Source: Octopus sinensis
Lineage: Eukaryota
Reading direction: 5' to 3'
DNA: 64,000 nucleotides
Assembly (NCBI RefSeq): GCF_006345805.1
Contig: NC_043002.1
Location: forward strand, 49,352,001 to 49,416,000
Both the position numbers and the translations under genes were made by a program. Shown piece after piece: positions 26,893 to 40,062 of the stretch. The notes under the pieces are model-generated. The model was not told the DNA's origin. It saw only the letters and a list, made by a program, of their open reading frames with translations, and made no database searches. The first letter of the stretch is position 1. The number at the start of each line of letters is the position of its first letter.

Positions 26893-26899
26893 TCAATAT

Positions 26900-27169
26900 A
26901 CATGTTTGTTTCCCGGTTTCCTTGGCGTATAGGTTCCCCACCTGGACGGGACGCCGGTCCGTCGCAGGTAAGCTGCAAGATGCAGGAGGAAAGAGTGAGA
27001 GAAAGTTGTGGCGAAAGAGTCAGCAGAAGTTCGCCATTACCTTCTGCCGGAGCCGCGTGGAGCTTAGGTGTTTCGCTCATAAACACACACATCGCCCGGT
27101 CTGAGATTCGAACCCGCGATCCCCCGACCGCGAGTCCGCTGCTCTAACCACCAGGCCATATGCCTCCAC
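26900..27169 (-). mobile_element. tRNA-derived SINE (middle A + V-like tail Y)
   Basis: Minus strand: gtggaggcatatggcctggtggttagagc...gggttcgaatc, middle A, then cctgcgacggaccggcgtcccgtccagg (V-domain-like). Confidence 0.85.
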
Positions 27170-27618
27170 TTCAATATACATAAGTAACATATAAGCATGT
27201 ACACACACATGATACTGTGACAGAATTTGTCAAGTATTAATGAATAGTGATTATCAGAACAAAATAAGACGCTTGCGTATGAACATATATGGAAATACAA
27301 ATTACGTGCATAGTAAAAGTGTTCTGATTTCAGTAATTATAATACTTAATAGTGCTAATTACATTAAAACACTAATTGCAAATGTAACAACATGCATAGT
27401 TAAATACGAAAGAAAATGCATATTTCAGATTCTTAGGTGCAGGTATAGCTATGTGCTTAAAAAGCTCGCTACGCAACCGAGTGGTTTAGAGTCCAGTCCC
27501 ATTGTACGACACATTGGGAAAGTATCTTTTACTATAGCACAAAGCCGATCAATGCCTTGTCAGTGAATTTGGTGGACGGAAACTGTGTAAAAGCCTGTCG
27601 TATATACATGTGTGTGTG

Positions 27619-27677
<59 letters not shown>

Positions 27678-28732
27678 TGTATGTTCACGCGTGTTTTTGT
27701 GCTGTGTTTGTGTTATCCCCGCCGCCACCTCACAATAAGTTTTGGTTTGTTCACGTCACCATAACTTAACGACTCAGCAAAAGTATGTGTGTGTGTATGT
27801 GTGTATGTGTGTATGTGTATGCATATGTGTGTGCGTGTGTGTGTGTGCGTGTGCGCGTGGATAGATGGGTGGATACACATTAGATATATATATATAGGAG
27901 AGTATTGTAGTTCGTTTGAAGCATTGTGCATTGTTTGTAAAGAATAAAAAGTTTTCAATGGTACAACTTGTATTGGGCTCGATCTATTCGACTAAAACCT
28001 TCAAGGTGGTGCTCGAGTTTGACCGCAGTTAGTGACCGAAACAAGTAAGAGGTCAAAGTCAGGAGTCATAAGTCGGCGCGAGGCTGCGGTATAAGATTTT
28101 TGCTCAAGATTCCCAATACAATGAAATCGAACCCAGCTCCAGGTGGATGCGAATGAAACATCTTACAATACAACTTGCTACACTGCAAATTCTGAGGCCG
28201 TATTGCATATCAGATTAAACATAAAGATTTTCTTCTATTTCTCTTAAGGGTAGAATATAAAGTTATAAAATGGTAAATATGAAAATTCAACAGTCCATAT
28301 TTAGCTCTAACCAATTGCATTATTGTTAGTGGTACTTTTATTTGCGATACAGAATATGTAAATGACGATATAAGAACATGATAAATGTATAAACAGATTT
28401 ATACATACATAATACATATTTTTATTGCTTACTGAGGAATATACACGAAGGAATGATTTAAATCTAAAACGCAATATGCGATTGCGAGTAAAGAATCATC
28501 TGCTTAGGTTTCGAGATGAATTTCTTTCCAGAAAATTCGAAATTGAAAACTGTGTGATATTTTCTCAATTTCACAGTGATTATCATCGGAAGGAATTTTT
28601 AATCGGCCATATATAGTATCAATGGAATACATTATGATCCATCTCGTCGATGGTAAAGTTGTCACGGAAACCTGTTTTTCTGATGTTCTCTATTTTGCTA
28701 ATATCACTGAATAACTTACAATACATACATAC

Positions 28733-28734
<2 letters not shown>

Positions 28735-28774
<40 letters not shown>

Positions 28775-28825
28775 AGAGGGAGTAAGATATAAATAGACAG
28801 ATATATAGATAGGTAGATAGATAGG

Positions 28826-28907
<82 letters not shown>

Positions 28908-28980
28908 CGTAGCTAAAAGACAGACAGACAGACAGACAGATACATACATACATACATACATACATACATACATACATGTG
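28735..28980. repeat. (GT)n/(GATA)n/(GACA)n/(TACA)n microsatellites
   Basis: Direct reading of the sequence. Confidence 0.95.
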
Positions 28981-29186
28981 CGTATATCTTGTCTGTGTGT
29001 GTTTGTAATCTTTAATTAGATATTTATTTTAATATATACCAGTTACAGATTCTATCGTTCCCCAGTATATATAAATGCATATATTCACATTATTTAGAAG
29101 CACTCTCATTGCTAATCGTTTTATGTATTGAAAATATTTAACATTGTACGTATAACATGATATCATTAAGATATGTATGAATGTGT

Positions 29187-29263
<77 letters not shown>

Positions 29264-29663
29264 TACTTATATATATATATATACATATACACACTCATAT
29301 ATATACATATATGCATATATATATATATATACATATATATACATATATATATATATACATATATGCATATATATATATATATATATATATATTACATAAA
29401 TACGTATATTTACGTATAAATGTTTGTTTCTACATTAACTAACAGATTATTCAATACTTTTGTACAGTAGATTGTTTTTATCTGTCTTTCACAAGAATAG
29501 CATTGGATGTGACTTCGAAGTTTCGGCCAGTTGACTTGGAAGACACTGTCAACACAATTTTTATTAAAGAATAATGTGTGTATGTGTGTATGTGTGCATG
29601 TGCATGCGTATGTGTGTGTGTGTTCGTGTGCGCGTGGATTGATAGGTGGATACAATTATATAT

Positions 29664-29716
<53 letters not shown>

Positions 29717-29772
29717 GGAGAGTATTGTAGTTCGCTTGAAGCATTGTGTATTGTTTGTAAAGAATAAAAAGA

Positions 29773-29952
29773 TTTGAATGGTACAACAATGCACTATAAT
29801 ACAGACAATGGGCTATTTACCTGTTGTAATTTAGTCATCCATAGTCTGATATGACATTTCAGACGAAATATCATATCAGACTATGGATGACTAGATTACA
29901 ACAGGTATATAGCCCATTGTTTGTATTATAGTGCGTTGTTGTACCATTCAAA
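29773..29952. repeat. 88-bp-stem hairpin with 4-nt loop
   Basis: 29773-29860 pairs with 29865-29952 with 5 differences; loop AGAC. Confidence 0.95.
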
Positions 29953-29963
29953 ACATTTTATTT

Positions 29964-30033
<70 letters not shown>

Positions 30034-30650
30034 GGTTAGAAAGGAAGTCATGTCGCATTTGAACTTGAGAACCAAATTGATATATTTAATCAAGATAATA
30101 ATTTCGCTCCATTATTAATAACGTAATTCTATTTGGCAAATTGTTGAACCCGCCGGTGTAGAGGTTCTTTTTTTTTTTTCAAATTACGAAGACAAAAATA
30201 AAAGAGAAAAAGAGTGAAAAGATGGAGCAAAGTCAGAAAGATAAGGAGGATGAAGCAAAATATTCATATTTAGTGCCATAATCTTTTTGCCTAAGTGGTT
30301 TCGGCAATATGTGGTTTTGCATTATCATAAGATGATGATGGGGCGGGGGTATGAGGTGACTGGATAGTGAAAAGTGTATTTTTTTGTTTTAATTGAACTA
30401 AGTTTTTTTATTATATCACCTATCACTTAACACATGCGCATAAGTGCAATTCCGGGAAATATTCACCCTTACTTACGTGGCAGATATATGCAATTTAACT
30501 AAAGGTTGTATCATATGTGCGGATTTTTTTCTTGTTTATGGAGAAAATGGAAAAATAAGAGTGAATACTTATCTTATGAGTGCTGTGTATTAAGGCTATA
30601 AAATTGTGTATAAAGTATATAAAGTATATATATAAAGTGCATTAAGTATA

Positions 30651-30821
30651 GGTGCAGGAGTGGCTGTGTGGTAAGTAGCTTGCTTACCAACCACGTGGTT
30701 CCGCGTTCAGTCCCACTGCGTGACATCTTGGGCAAGTGTCTTCTACTATAGCCTCGGGCCGACCTAAGCCTTGTGAGTGGATTTGGTTGTCGGAAACTGA
30801 AAGAAGCCCGTCGTATATATG

Positions 30822-30889
<68 letters not shown>

Positions 30890-31100
30890 TTTGTGTGTCT
30901 CTGTTTGTCCCCCTGACATCGTTTGACAACCGATACTGGTGTGTTTACATCGCCGTAACTTAGCGGTTCGGCAAAAGAGATCGATATAATAAGTACTAGG
31001 CTTACAGAGAATAAGTCTTGGGGTCGATTTGCTCGACTAAAAGGCGGTGCTCCAGCATGGCCTCAGTCAAATGTCTGAAACAAGTAAAAGAGTAAAAGAG
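30651..31100 (+). mobile_element. SINE family S1, full length
   Basis: Highly similar to the 19059 copy. Confidence 0.9.
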
Positions 31101-31869
31101 AAAGTAATCATCGTATTCCAATTTCTTTCATTTTTTCAATGAGTAGCAGATGTGCGACTATCTTTTGATACAGACACAATACAGGCTACGCTTTCGGATT
31201 TTCTTGATAAAGTTTTCAGAAATAATCAATAGGTTTGCCGTTAATTCTGTGAAACATTCATAGGTCCCGATAGTTATGATGATTCTACTTCAGAAATATC
31301 CGATAGCAAGTCTATTCTTCAATGATGTACATAAGGCAACTCTTTACGCTGAAGAGCAATCAGATGGTGAGAGACCTGCTGATCAAGTTTAGACACTTTT
31401 CTTAAATCATAAAGGTGTTTTATGATTGAAGTATGACTTGAATTCAAACGTTTTGCTAAATTTCGTGCAGTTTTTAGAATTCAACCTCTACAATTTTCAA
31501 AAGCTCAATATTGACAGAATCGTCCAGATCGAGAGGAATCTACGAGAGAAAGATTTCCAGGATGGAAACCATCCAAACCATCGTTGGTGTGTCCGGATAC
31601 TTAAAGTTTCATTTCCATAGAAGGAACGAATATTTTTTTGCCACTTCCATTGCTGAAGAGTGTTTGAATTCATATGGGACGTGGTGTTTGATATAGGTTT
31701 GATTTAAACTTATTTCAAAAGAGTAAAATCGATATGACTTTAACCATAAACAGGTGGTGCAGGAGTTCTAGAGGTTGCAGATGATGGTAGTATCAAACTC
31801 ACGACTCGGAGCAGCGCAGAAAGCTGATCAATACAAAGGTTTTGTATAAAATTCGTAGAACATTCGCTT

Positions 31870-31934
31870 ATATAGACAAACAGACAGAGACAGACAGATA
31901 GATAGATACATAGATACATAGATAGATAAATAGA

Positions 31935-31988
<54 letters not shown>

Positions 31989-32059
31989 GGCAGACAGACA
32001 GACAGACTGACAGACAGACAGACAGACAGATAGACAGATAGATAGACAGATAGACAGAC

Positions 32060-32128
<69 letters not shown>

Positions 32129-32690
32129 TGTATCTGTGACCATCTATCTATCTATCTATCAGTGTATATATCTGCTTATGTTTGTGCGTGCTTATGTTTG
32201 TGTGTGTATGTGTGTGTGTTGTGTGTATGTGAGAGAGAGAGAGAGAGAAAGTGTGCGCCCGTGCGTACTTGCGTGCGTATTTGAGCCTGTAACTGATGAA
32301 ATTTATGTATTTATTTATGTATTTATTTATTTTCATTCCAATGAATTGAACACAGAGAATCACTATTGGTGAAACGACAATCATTTCAAGAGGTCAGTCA
32401 CCTGACTCATCATTTAACCTCATCAAATGGTCAGACACCATCTGAAAGAGGTCAAATGATGTCTGACCACTTCCGGCAAAGTTGACAAATGACTATAGAT
32501 TATAGTGAACCAATCCGACCACAATTGAGTGATGACGATGTCTTTGATTTATCTCTAGAAGGTCATGTGATATCCATTATAAGCATGCAGGCGATATATA
32601 ATAATAACATTTGCTGTTATTCTGACTGTAATATGCGAATGAAATGCTTGAGCTTCTGATTTGTGGAGGCGTATGCTTATGTGTGTATGC

Positions 32691-32759
<69 letters not shown>

Positions 32760-32848
32760 TGTATATACATACACATACATAAACACAACTAACATATATA
32801 TGTGTGTGTGCGTATTTATATACATATATGCGTATGTGTATACATATG

Positions 32849-32884
<36 letters not shown>

Positions 32885-33130
32885 ACACATACATACATAC
32901 ACACACACATATATATATGCATATGTACATATATTATGTACGTATCCAATGTGTGCGTGTATATATATATATATGTGTGGTGTGTGTGTGTGTGTGTGTG
33001 TAGAGGGAAGGAGATAGAGACGAATATATATATGTGCATATATATATATATATATATATATGCATGTATGTGCATATTTGCATATATGTACGTATATATA
33101 GATATAGATATAGATATATATTGTTTGTTT
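31870..33130. repeat. Microsatellite field (GATA/GACA/TA/TG)
   Basis: Direct reading; a short unique island lies at about 32340-32660. Confidence 0.9.
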
Positions 33131-33759
33131 GGGTGTGTATGTGTGCGTTTGAATTTCTGTTGATTCGCCGAGAAGAGATAAATTACTTGATTCAATACGT
33201 GAATGTAGAGTATTCTCCAATACGTACGAATTGAAAGGCTAATAATTTCCTGTACTCCGAGTTTCACATTTCTGCGGTTTCAGAGCGTAATCCAAGCCTG
33301 TTTACTCTTGAATTAACTGTTATTTGAATATGTTTCGTTTTAAAATATTTCACAATTGCTATCAATCACTATTTTTTTTTTCTAAACGTGTGACCGCTAT
33401 TCTTATGTACGTGTGTGTATGTATTGGGCGTACGTGTGTGTTTGTATGTGCTTGTGTGCGTGTATACGTGTGTGTGTCTGATGTATGTACGGATATCTCA
33501 ATATCTGTTGAAACTTATGACGCGTGTTTTTCTTCAGTTAATAGGAATATAACTTTCATTCGTATACGAGGATCGAAGATCATAGGCTAACCAAGATATT
33601 CTCAGGGAATGACCAAATAAGGTTTGTTTTTCTCAACATAGCTCCCCTACCCCGCCCCACACCTGCGGTCCACAGACTTCTTCCATGGGTGTGGCAGTGC
33701 TTGGAACCCTACTGGTGAAGAAACTTTGGTTGTTTCAGGTTTAATAAACCTCCTTATGT

Positions 33760-33950
33760 GCGAAATTGGAATTTCATAACTTCATGGTAATCCCTGAAAG
33801 TTTGCTGGAGCATCATTGAAAAAGATATGGAAAAAAAGTACGGGGGCTAAAACAAATCCCTGTTTGGTTCCAGTGGCAACGGAAAATACCTCTGAACAGT
33901 GACTCCTGGATGTCACTGTTGCTATCATTCCTTTATACAGGGATACTATT
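33760..33950 (-). mobile_element. RTE-clade RT fragment
   Basis: Minus strand SEVFSVATGTKQGFVLAPVLF matches RTE RT motif 4 (G.KQGCVLAP.LF). Confidence 0.7.
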
Positions 33951-33968
33951 ACCTTTATTATTTTATCA

Positions 33969-34392
33969 GGCGCAGGAGTGGCTGTGTGGTAAGTAGCTTG
34001 CTAACCAACCACATGGTTCCGGGTTCAGTCCCACTGCGTGGCAACTTGGGCAAGTGTCTTCTGCTATAGCCACGGGCCGACCAATGCCTTGTGAGTGGAT
34101 TTGGTAGACGGAAACTGAAAGAAGCCTGTCGTATATATGTATATATATATATATATAAGTGTGTGTGTATATGTTTGTGTGTCTGTGTTTGTCCCCCTAG
34201 CATTGCTTGACAACCGATGCTGGTGTGTTTACATCGCCGTCACTTAGCGGTTCGGCAAAAGAGACCGATAGAATAAGTACTGGGCTTACAAAGAATAAGT
34301 TCCGGGGTCGATTTGCTCGACTAAAGGCGGTGCTCCAGCATGGCCGCAGTCAAATGACTGAAACAGGTAAAAGAGTAAAGAGTAAGAGTAAG
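33969..34392 (+). mobile_element. SINE family S1, full length
   Basis: Highly similar to the other S1 copies. Confidence 0.9.
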
Positions 34393-34429
34393 TCCAGCTT
34401 TTGACAAAATTTTTCTGAGCGCCTCACGA

Positions 34430-34845
34430 CTCACGACTCACTGTTTCAAAGGCCTTGAGTCAAAAGGTCAAAGACTATGTACAAGTTAGTATTTTGTTCA
34501 TGTGTTTTCTCTTGAACTTGTCGGAGGGCAAATATCATACCAATTATGCCTCTCGAGTCCGAAATCTACATTGGGATTCAGGATATAATGCTGTTTATTA
34601 TACGCTGATGCTGTCCGAACAAAAAAAATGACCGCATTCCCAAAACTCTTCTGTATGTGCAAACAAGTGGAGGGATTTCGTGGCAAAGGAAGACCTCTCC
34701 TTAGGTATGAGGATAAGTTGAAGCAATCACTAAAATCTCAACAACTTAACTTGACATCTTGGGAAAATCATTGTCTATCTCGATCTGCATGACGTAAAAT
34801 GTGTCACGATGCATCCAAACAATTTGAGTTGAAGAAAAAGAATAA
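34430..34845 (+). mobile_element. RTE-clade LINE C-terminal fragment
   Basis: GFRGKGRPLLRYEDKLKQSLK...TSWENHCLSRSA*RK matches the RTE C-terminus (GRP..RYKD.LK..WE..A.DR..WR). Confidence 0.75.
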
Positions 34846-34854
34846 TAGACGAAC

Positions 34855-34908
<54 letters not shown>

Positions 34909-34910
34909 CC

Positions 34911-34946
<36 letters not shown>

Positions 34947-34958
34947 ACATCATCATCA

Positions 34959-35002
<44 letters not shown>

Positions 35003-35114
35003 TATTATTATTATTATTATTATATTTGCTGCGGAGTACATAATAGACGAACTATTATTATTGTTGTTGTTGTTGTTGTCGTCGTCGTTGCTGCTGCTGC
35101 TGTTGTTGTTATTC

Positions 35115-38100
35115 AGGCAGTGACCTAAGAAAGGCCTGGACCTCGAAGATCGGACGATCTTCCTGGACCCGGAGGTTAAGTTGGTGGTCCTGGACCTGAG
35201 CGACAGTGAAGTTAGTGCATTTAGACTAGTCGCTGTTTACGCCCCCATGGGGGCGGATCAGCCAGATTTCTTCAGGCGTTTGGAGGTTTTCCTTGGGACG
35301 TCATGCTCTTTAATATTAGTGGGTGACTGGAACGCTATATTGGACACATGCCTGAAAAGGGTAGGGCTAGATGATAGGAGAAGGGGAAGTAAAATCCTCA
35401 CAAACCTGCTCAATCGTTTTCAGTTGGCTGACAAGTACCGACTGGATTTCCTGAATGCACCAATGTGGACACGGGCAAACCACATCGGGACTTCCAGATA
35501 GTATTTAAATAGAGTATTTTGTAGACCTGTAGATAGAAGTAGTATAAATTGTCTACGTTTCAAAATCGTCGGCTACATGGACCATAAATTTGTGATCTGT
35601 AGTCGATATTGATAGAATCCCCCGATACTGGAAGCTTAACGTGTCCCACCCGGCACGCCAATCTTCCAGAGACCAGCTTAGTAAGTTAGTCCATCGGATG
35701 TTGGCGGGCGCAGTCGTCAACAACGGATTGTGGATAGCCCTAAAACAGCTTTTAGAGTAGAGGCGGTGGGTTTTGGTAGGGAAATAGTGTTAGAGGAATC
35801 TAGGTTAGTGACCGACATGCTAGCGGCGACATTGGCTCTTGATCAAATCGTCAATGCCAAGCACGAAGGTTGCGTTGTCAGAATTAAGACGCATGCACTG
35901 AGACGGGGTGGACGTGTGGAAGAGGGGATACGTGGAAACAAAGCAGCAATTTGGTCTTTGGCGAGTTGTGATGGGCGAGTTCAAGCAGATGTGTGCCGAG
36001 TTTTAGCGGCATTTTGCCGAACAGTATGGGGCGCACGGTGGTTCTGGAGTGATGATAAATTTCACTTCCTATTTCAGTAGCATGCTGCACCTCTCAGCCA
36101 GAGATGCGGAGTTCGGTGAAATGCCGATAACAGCCGAAGATATACGGGACGCAATGAAGGCCTGAGCAAACGAAAAGTCTCCGGGACGAGATGATCTGCC
36201 CTTCGACCTTTCTTTTCATATGTCAGACTTGTTCGGTGGTCTCTTGGCAGACGTCTACCAAAGCTGGCGACAGAACGGGAAAATTCCCAATGCTGTGAGC
36301 CGTGGAGTTGTGGTGCTGTTGAGGAAGGACCCGAACAAGGGGGACAAAACAGATAATTTTAGGGCTATACCTCTGCTGAAAGCAGATTATAAGATTTTGG
36401 CAAAGATGTTAACCAAGAGGTTGGCGACCTTCGTGAATAAATTGGTTGGTGACGCGCAGACATGCGCTATCCCAAACAGAACTATCCACAACAACTTCCA
36501 CCTCGGGCTACATCATGAAGAGGGTAGGTAAAGAACTTAGAATGGGTGGGGCCCTGATCAACTTGGATCAATCGAAAGCTTTTGATAGGATCAACCATCA
36601 ATACTTGGAGGCTGTTGTCGCGGCGGCGAGTTTCGGTCCCGTTTTCAGAGGCTGGATCGCTGCAATATACAGCGATATTTGTTCGGTGGCCAAAGTAAAT
36701 GGCCCCCTATCGGAATCGTTTAGCATCGCTCGTTTGGTCCATCAAGGATGCCCACTCTCACCTCTTCTGTACGTACTGGCTCTCGAGCTATTCATTGCTG
36801 CGGAAGCTGGATGCTTCGAGGAGCATTCCGGGTGATCTAGGATACGGTAGTTTGGTTTCGGCTTATACTGACGACGTCATTGTAATTAAGTCGGACTTCT
36901 CGGAGATCGAGGTGGTCGGTACTGCTCTATAGGAGTATGAAGCAGTGACAGGTGCAAAGGTCAACCAGGAGAAGTCGGTGAGCCTGCAGCTCGACACCTG
37001 GAGAGGCAGATCCATGCCAACCGACAGCGTTGTAGGGTGCTGGACGGAAGGACTGGTCAAATTGCTCGGGGTCTGGTTTGGTCCAGACCTCCAGGTGGAC
37101 AAGATCTTGATTGAGTGGGGGGTTGACGAGCAGAGTAGCCAATCTCACTCAGAAATGGGTAAAGAGAAAGCTATCCCTTTAGGGTCGGGCGGAGGTGGCG
37201 AATGCGTACATCGCTTCCGTTATCTACTACCGCCTGACCGTCCTCCCTTGCCCCACTTCGTTCTCGATAAAGTTGGAGCGCTTGCTCTTCTACTTTCTTC
37301 AGAAAGAACGTGTACCGCTCGTCAGACGGTTCATCTGCTGTGAACTGCTGCTGAGTGGAGGACTGGGTATGTCGTGGCTAACGATGCGCAGACATGCACT
37401 GAGGTTGCGACATCGCCAGAGTTTCTTTAACGGTGAGCAGGTGTGGTCACCGTTCGTCAAACGGGACTTTTCGCAGCTCGTCTCATTGATGGAACTAGTG
37501 TTAGATCAAGCGTAAACCAAGAAAGGGCGCTTGGTACCTGGAATGTTGGCAAGCGCTCACAGATTTCTGCCAGTCGGGCAACCCGGTCGGTTAGAGTTCC
37601 ACTATGAAGTTCAGTTCTCTAAGGGATTAGTGAAGGGAAAGTGCGACGATGTACTCGGGAAAACTCTGAGCGCCGGGCGGGATCAACTAACTGGTCTTTT
37701 CTGGAGGAGTTTCGGGTCAGGGTCTATGGATAACTTCCAGAAATCCCTGGCCTGGCAGTGCTACTGGGGAGTACTGCCGGTTCGAGACAAGCTCTACAGA
37801 TACGGAAGTGCTGTCAGACTGACCTGTCCGAAGAGTGCACAGGGCGAAGAAACTGTCCTGCATGCACTCGTCCAGTGCCCGTGCATTACAGACTTGTGGA
37901 ACTTTGTCGAACAGCTGTTGTTACGTGTAGGACGGATCCGGTTATCGGCCGAGTCTATAGTGAGGATCACCCCGCACCTCCTTTTGTCCGGGAAGGAAAG
38001 GCAGTTTTTTAGCTATAGCCTGGTGGCTATAGCTAAAAAGGTAGTGTGGTGGACGAGAATCTGTGGGGTGCCTTGGTTGGGCCTGGGTGGAAGTGCCCCC

Positions 38101-38250
38101 TGTTTTGTTTGTTAGACTTTTTGTTAACTGTTTTTATTTTTATTGTTTACGCGTTTTCTATTGTAAACTCCATTTTGTTTTGTATTGTCCTTTGTTTTGT
38201 ATCGTCCCTATGTTTTTTTATGTTCGGCCTTAGTGGCCAATAAAGAAAGC
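35115..38250 (+). mobile_element. L1/Tx1-clade LINE ORF2 pseudogene (APE endonuclease + RT + C-terminal CCHC), 5'-truncated
   Basis: RLVAVYAP..ILVGDWNAILD (APE); KSPGRDDLP, NFRAIPLLKADYKILAK, LDQSKAFDRINH, QGCPLSPLLY, AYTDDV (RT); CPKS..EETVLHALVQC (Zn knuckle). T-rich 3'UTR and AATAAA, then (ATT)n. Confidence 0.93.
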
Positions 38251-38272
38251 ATTATTATTATTATTATTATTA

Positions 38273-38356
<84 letters not shown>

Positions 38357-38404
38357 TATCATCATCATCATTATTATTAGTATTCAGTAGTTTTATTTTT
38401 ATAA

Positions 38405-38720
38405 CGTAATTTTACTGCACTACCGAGCGCAGTGGTTTGTTGTGATGCTCTTATTTTTACTGTAGTGAAAGTGTTTTACGTAGGATGTGTGCAGTGCCCA
38501 GTAGTGCAATTTTCTGTATGTTATATATATTTGTTAGTCCTGGTGTTTTTGCTATGTATCTGTCTGAATATTTTTTTATCATGCCTAATGCACCGACTTT
38601 GATAGGAATTGTTTCCGTTTTTAGACTCCACATTCGAGCTACCTCTATTTCCATGTCTTTGTTTTTTGAAAGTTTCTCCATTTCTTTTAGAGAAACGTTA
38701 TCATCTGTTGGGATTGATAC
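38405..38720 (-). mobile_element. R4/Dong-like RLE 3' fragment embedded in trinucleotide repeats
   Basis: VSIPTDDNVSLKEMEKLSK...IQKIALLGTAHILRKTL, same family as 13860-14345. (AAT)/(AAC) arrays on both sides. Confidence 0.88.
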
Positions 38721-38780
38721 ATTATTATTGTTGTTGTTGTTGTTATTATTGTTGTCAGTAATATTAGTAGTAGTAGTAGT

Positions 38781-38824
<44 letters not shown>

Positions 38825-38825
38825 T

Positions 38826-38863
<38 letters not shown>

Positions 38864-39137
38864 CATCAGCTATCTGAAGAACTGCTGCATCCCCTCTCTC
38901 CTCTCCTTCCACCATAAAAGGAGGATATCATTATTTGTATGTTTCACACAATTATTTTTTTCGCTGGTATTTTCTTCTCGTCAGCAATTGTTATTGTCAG
39001 TCCATCAAAATAAATTACATACCATTTAAGTGATAATTCGATTTCCTTTTCTTTTTTTTCGTAATTTTTTTTTTTTTTTTTTTTTTTTTTTGCTTTAATA
39101 CAGTTTTTTTAATACCTTCATAGATTATGTTTCGTGA

Positions 39138-39455
39138 GGGCGCGTGGCTTAGTGGTTAGGGCATTCGGCTCATGATCGTAAGGTTGTGAGTTCGATTCCC
39201 GGCAACGCGTTGTGTCCTTGAGCAAGACACTTTATTTCACGTTGCTCCAGTCCACTCAGCTGGCAAAAATGAGTTGTACTTGTATTTCAAAGGGTCAGCC
39301 TTGTCACTCTCTGTGTCACGCTGATTATCCCCGAGAACTACGTTAAGGGTACACGTGTCTGTGGAATGCTCAGCCATTTGCACGTTAATTTCACGAGCAA
39401 GCTGTTCCGTTGATCGTATCAGCTGGGACCCTCGTCGTCGTAACCGGCGGAGTCT
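39138..39455 (+). mobile_element. tRNA-derived SINE (CORE-like middle B + tail X)
   Basis: gggcgcgtggcttagtggttaggg...gagttcgattccc, then gtgtccttgagcaagacact...ctccagtccactcagctgg, then tail X as in the 26219 copy. Confidence 0.88.
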
Positions 39456-39699
39456 TTTTTTTAGATTATGTTCCGCAGGTGTTATGCTATAATAAACTCA
39501 TTAGTGATTTTACAGTTTTAGATGAAAACAAAGATAATATAAAATAGCTCGTCTTTGAAGGACACTATGATAGCACTGAAGACTGGAAACACCCTCATAC
39601 GTTTTTTATAAAAGTAGTTAATATGGAATGGAATAATGCAAAGAAAAATTAAAATAATATCACATATTTTGAGTGCATAAATACATTGTTGTTTGTTCC

Positions 39700-39989
39700 T
39701 TCTCGAGCAATGCCTAGCTCATAAGGGCTGGTTTCCCGATTTCCTTGGCGTATAGGTTCCCCACCTGGACGGAACACCGGTCCGTCGCAGATAAGCTGCT
39801 AGATACAGGAGGAAAGAGTGAGAGAAAGTTGTTGCGAAAGAGTCAGAAGTTCGCCATTACCTTCTACCGGAGCCGCGTGGAGCTTAGGTGTTTCGCTCAT
39901 AAACACACACATCAACCCGTCTGAGATTCGAACCCGCGATCCCTCGACCGCGAGTCCGCTGCTCCAACCACTTGGTTATGTGCTTCCAC
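39700..39989 (-). mobile_element. tRNA-derived SINE (middle A + V-like tail Y)
   Basis: Near-identical to 26900-27169. Confidence 0.85.
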
Positions 39990-40062
39990 TCATAAATACA
40001 TACTAAATACATACATACATACATTTATATATGTGTGCGTGTATATATATATATATATATAC

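Noticed and set aside
31100-31870. Possible DNA-transposase relic or host exon
   Set aside because: Looks like decayed coding sequence, but has many stops and no motif I can assign confidently. The same applies to 8360-8950 and 55600-56330.
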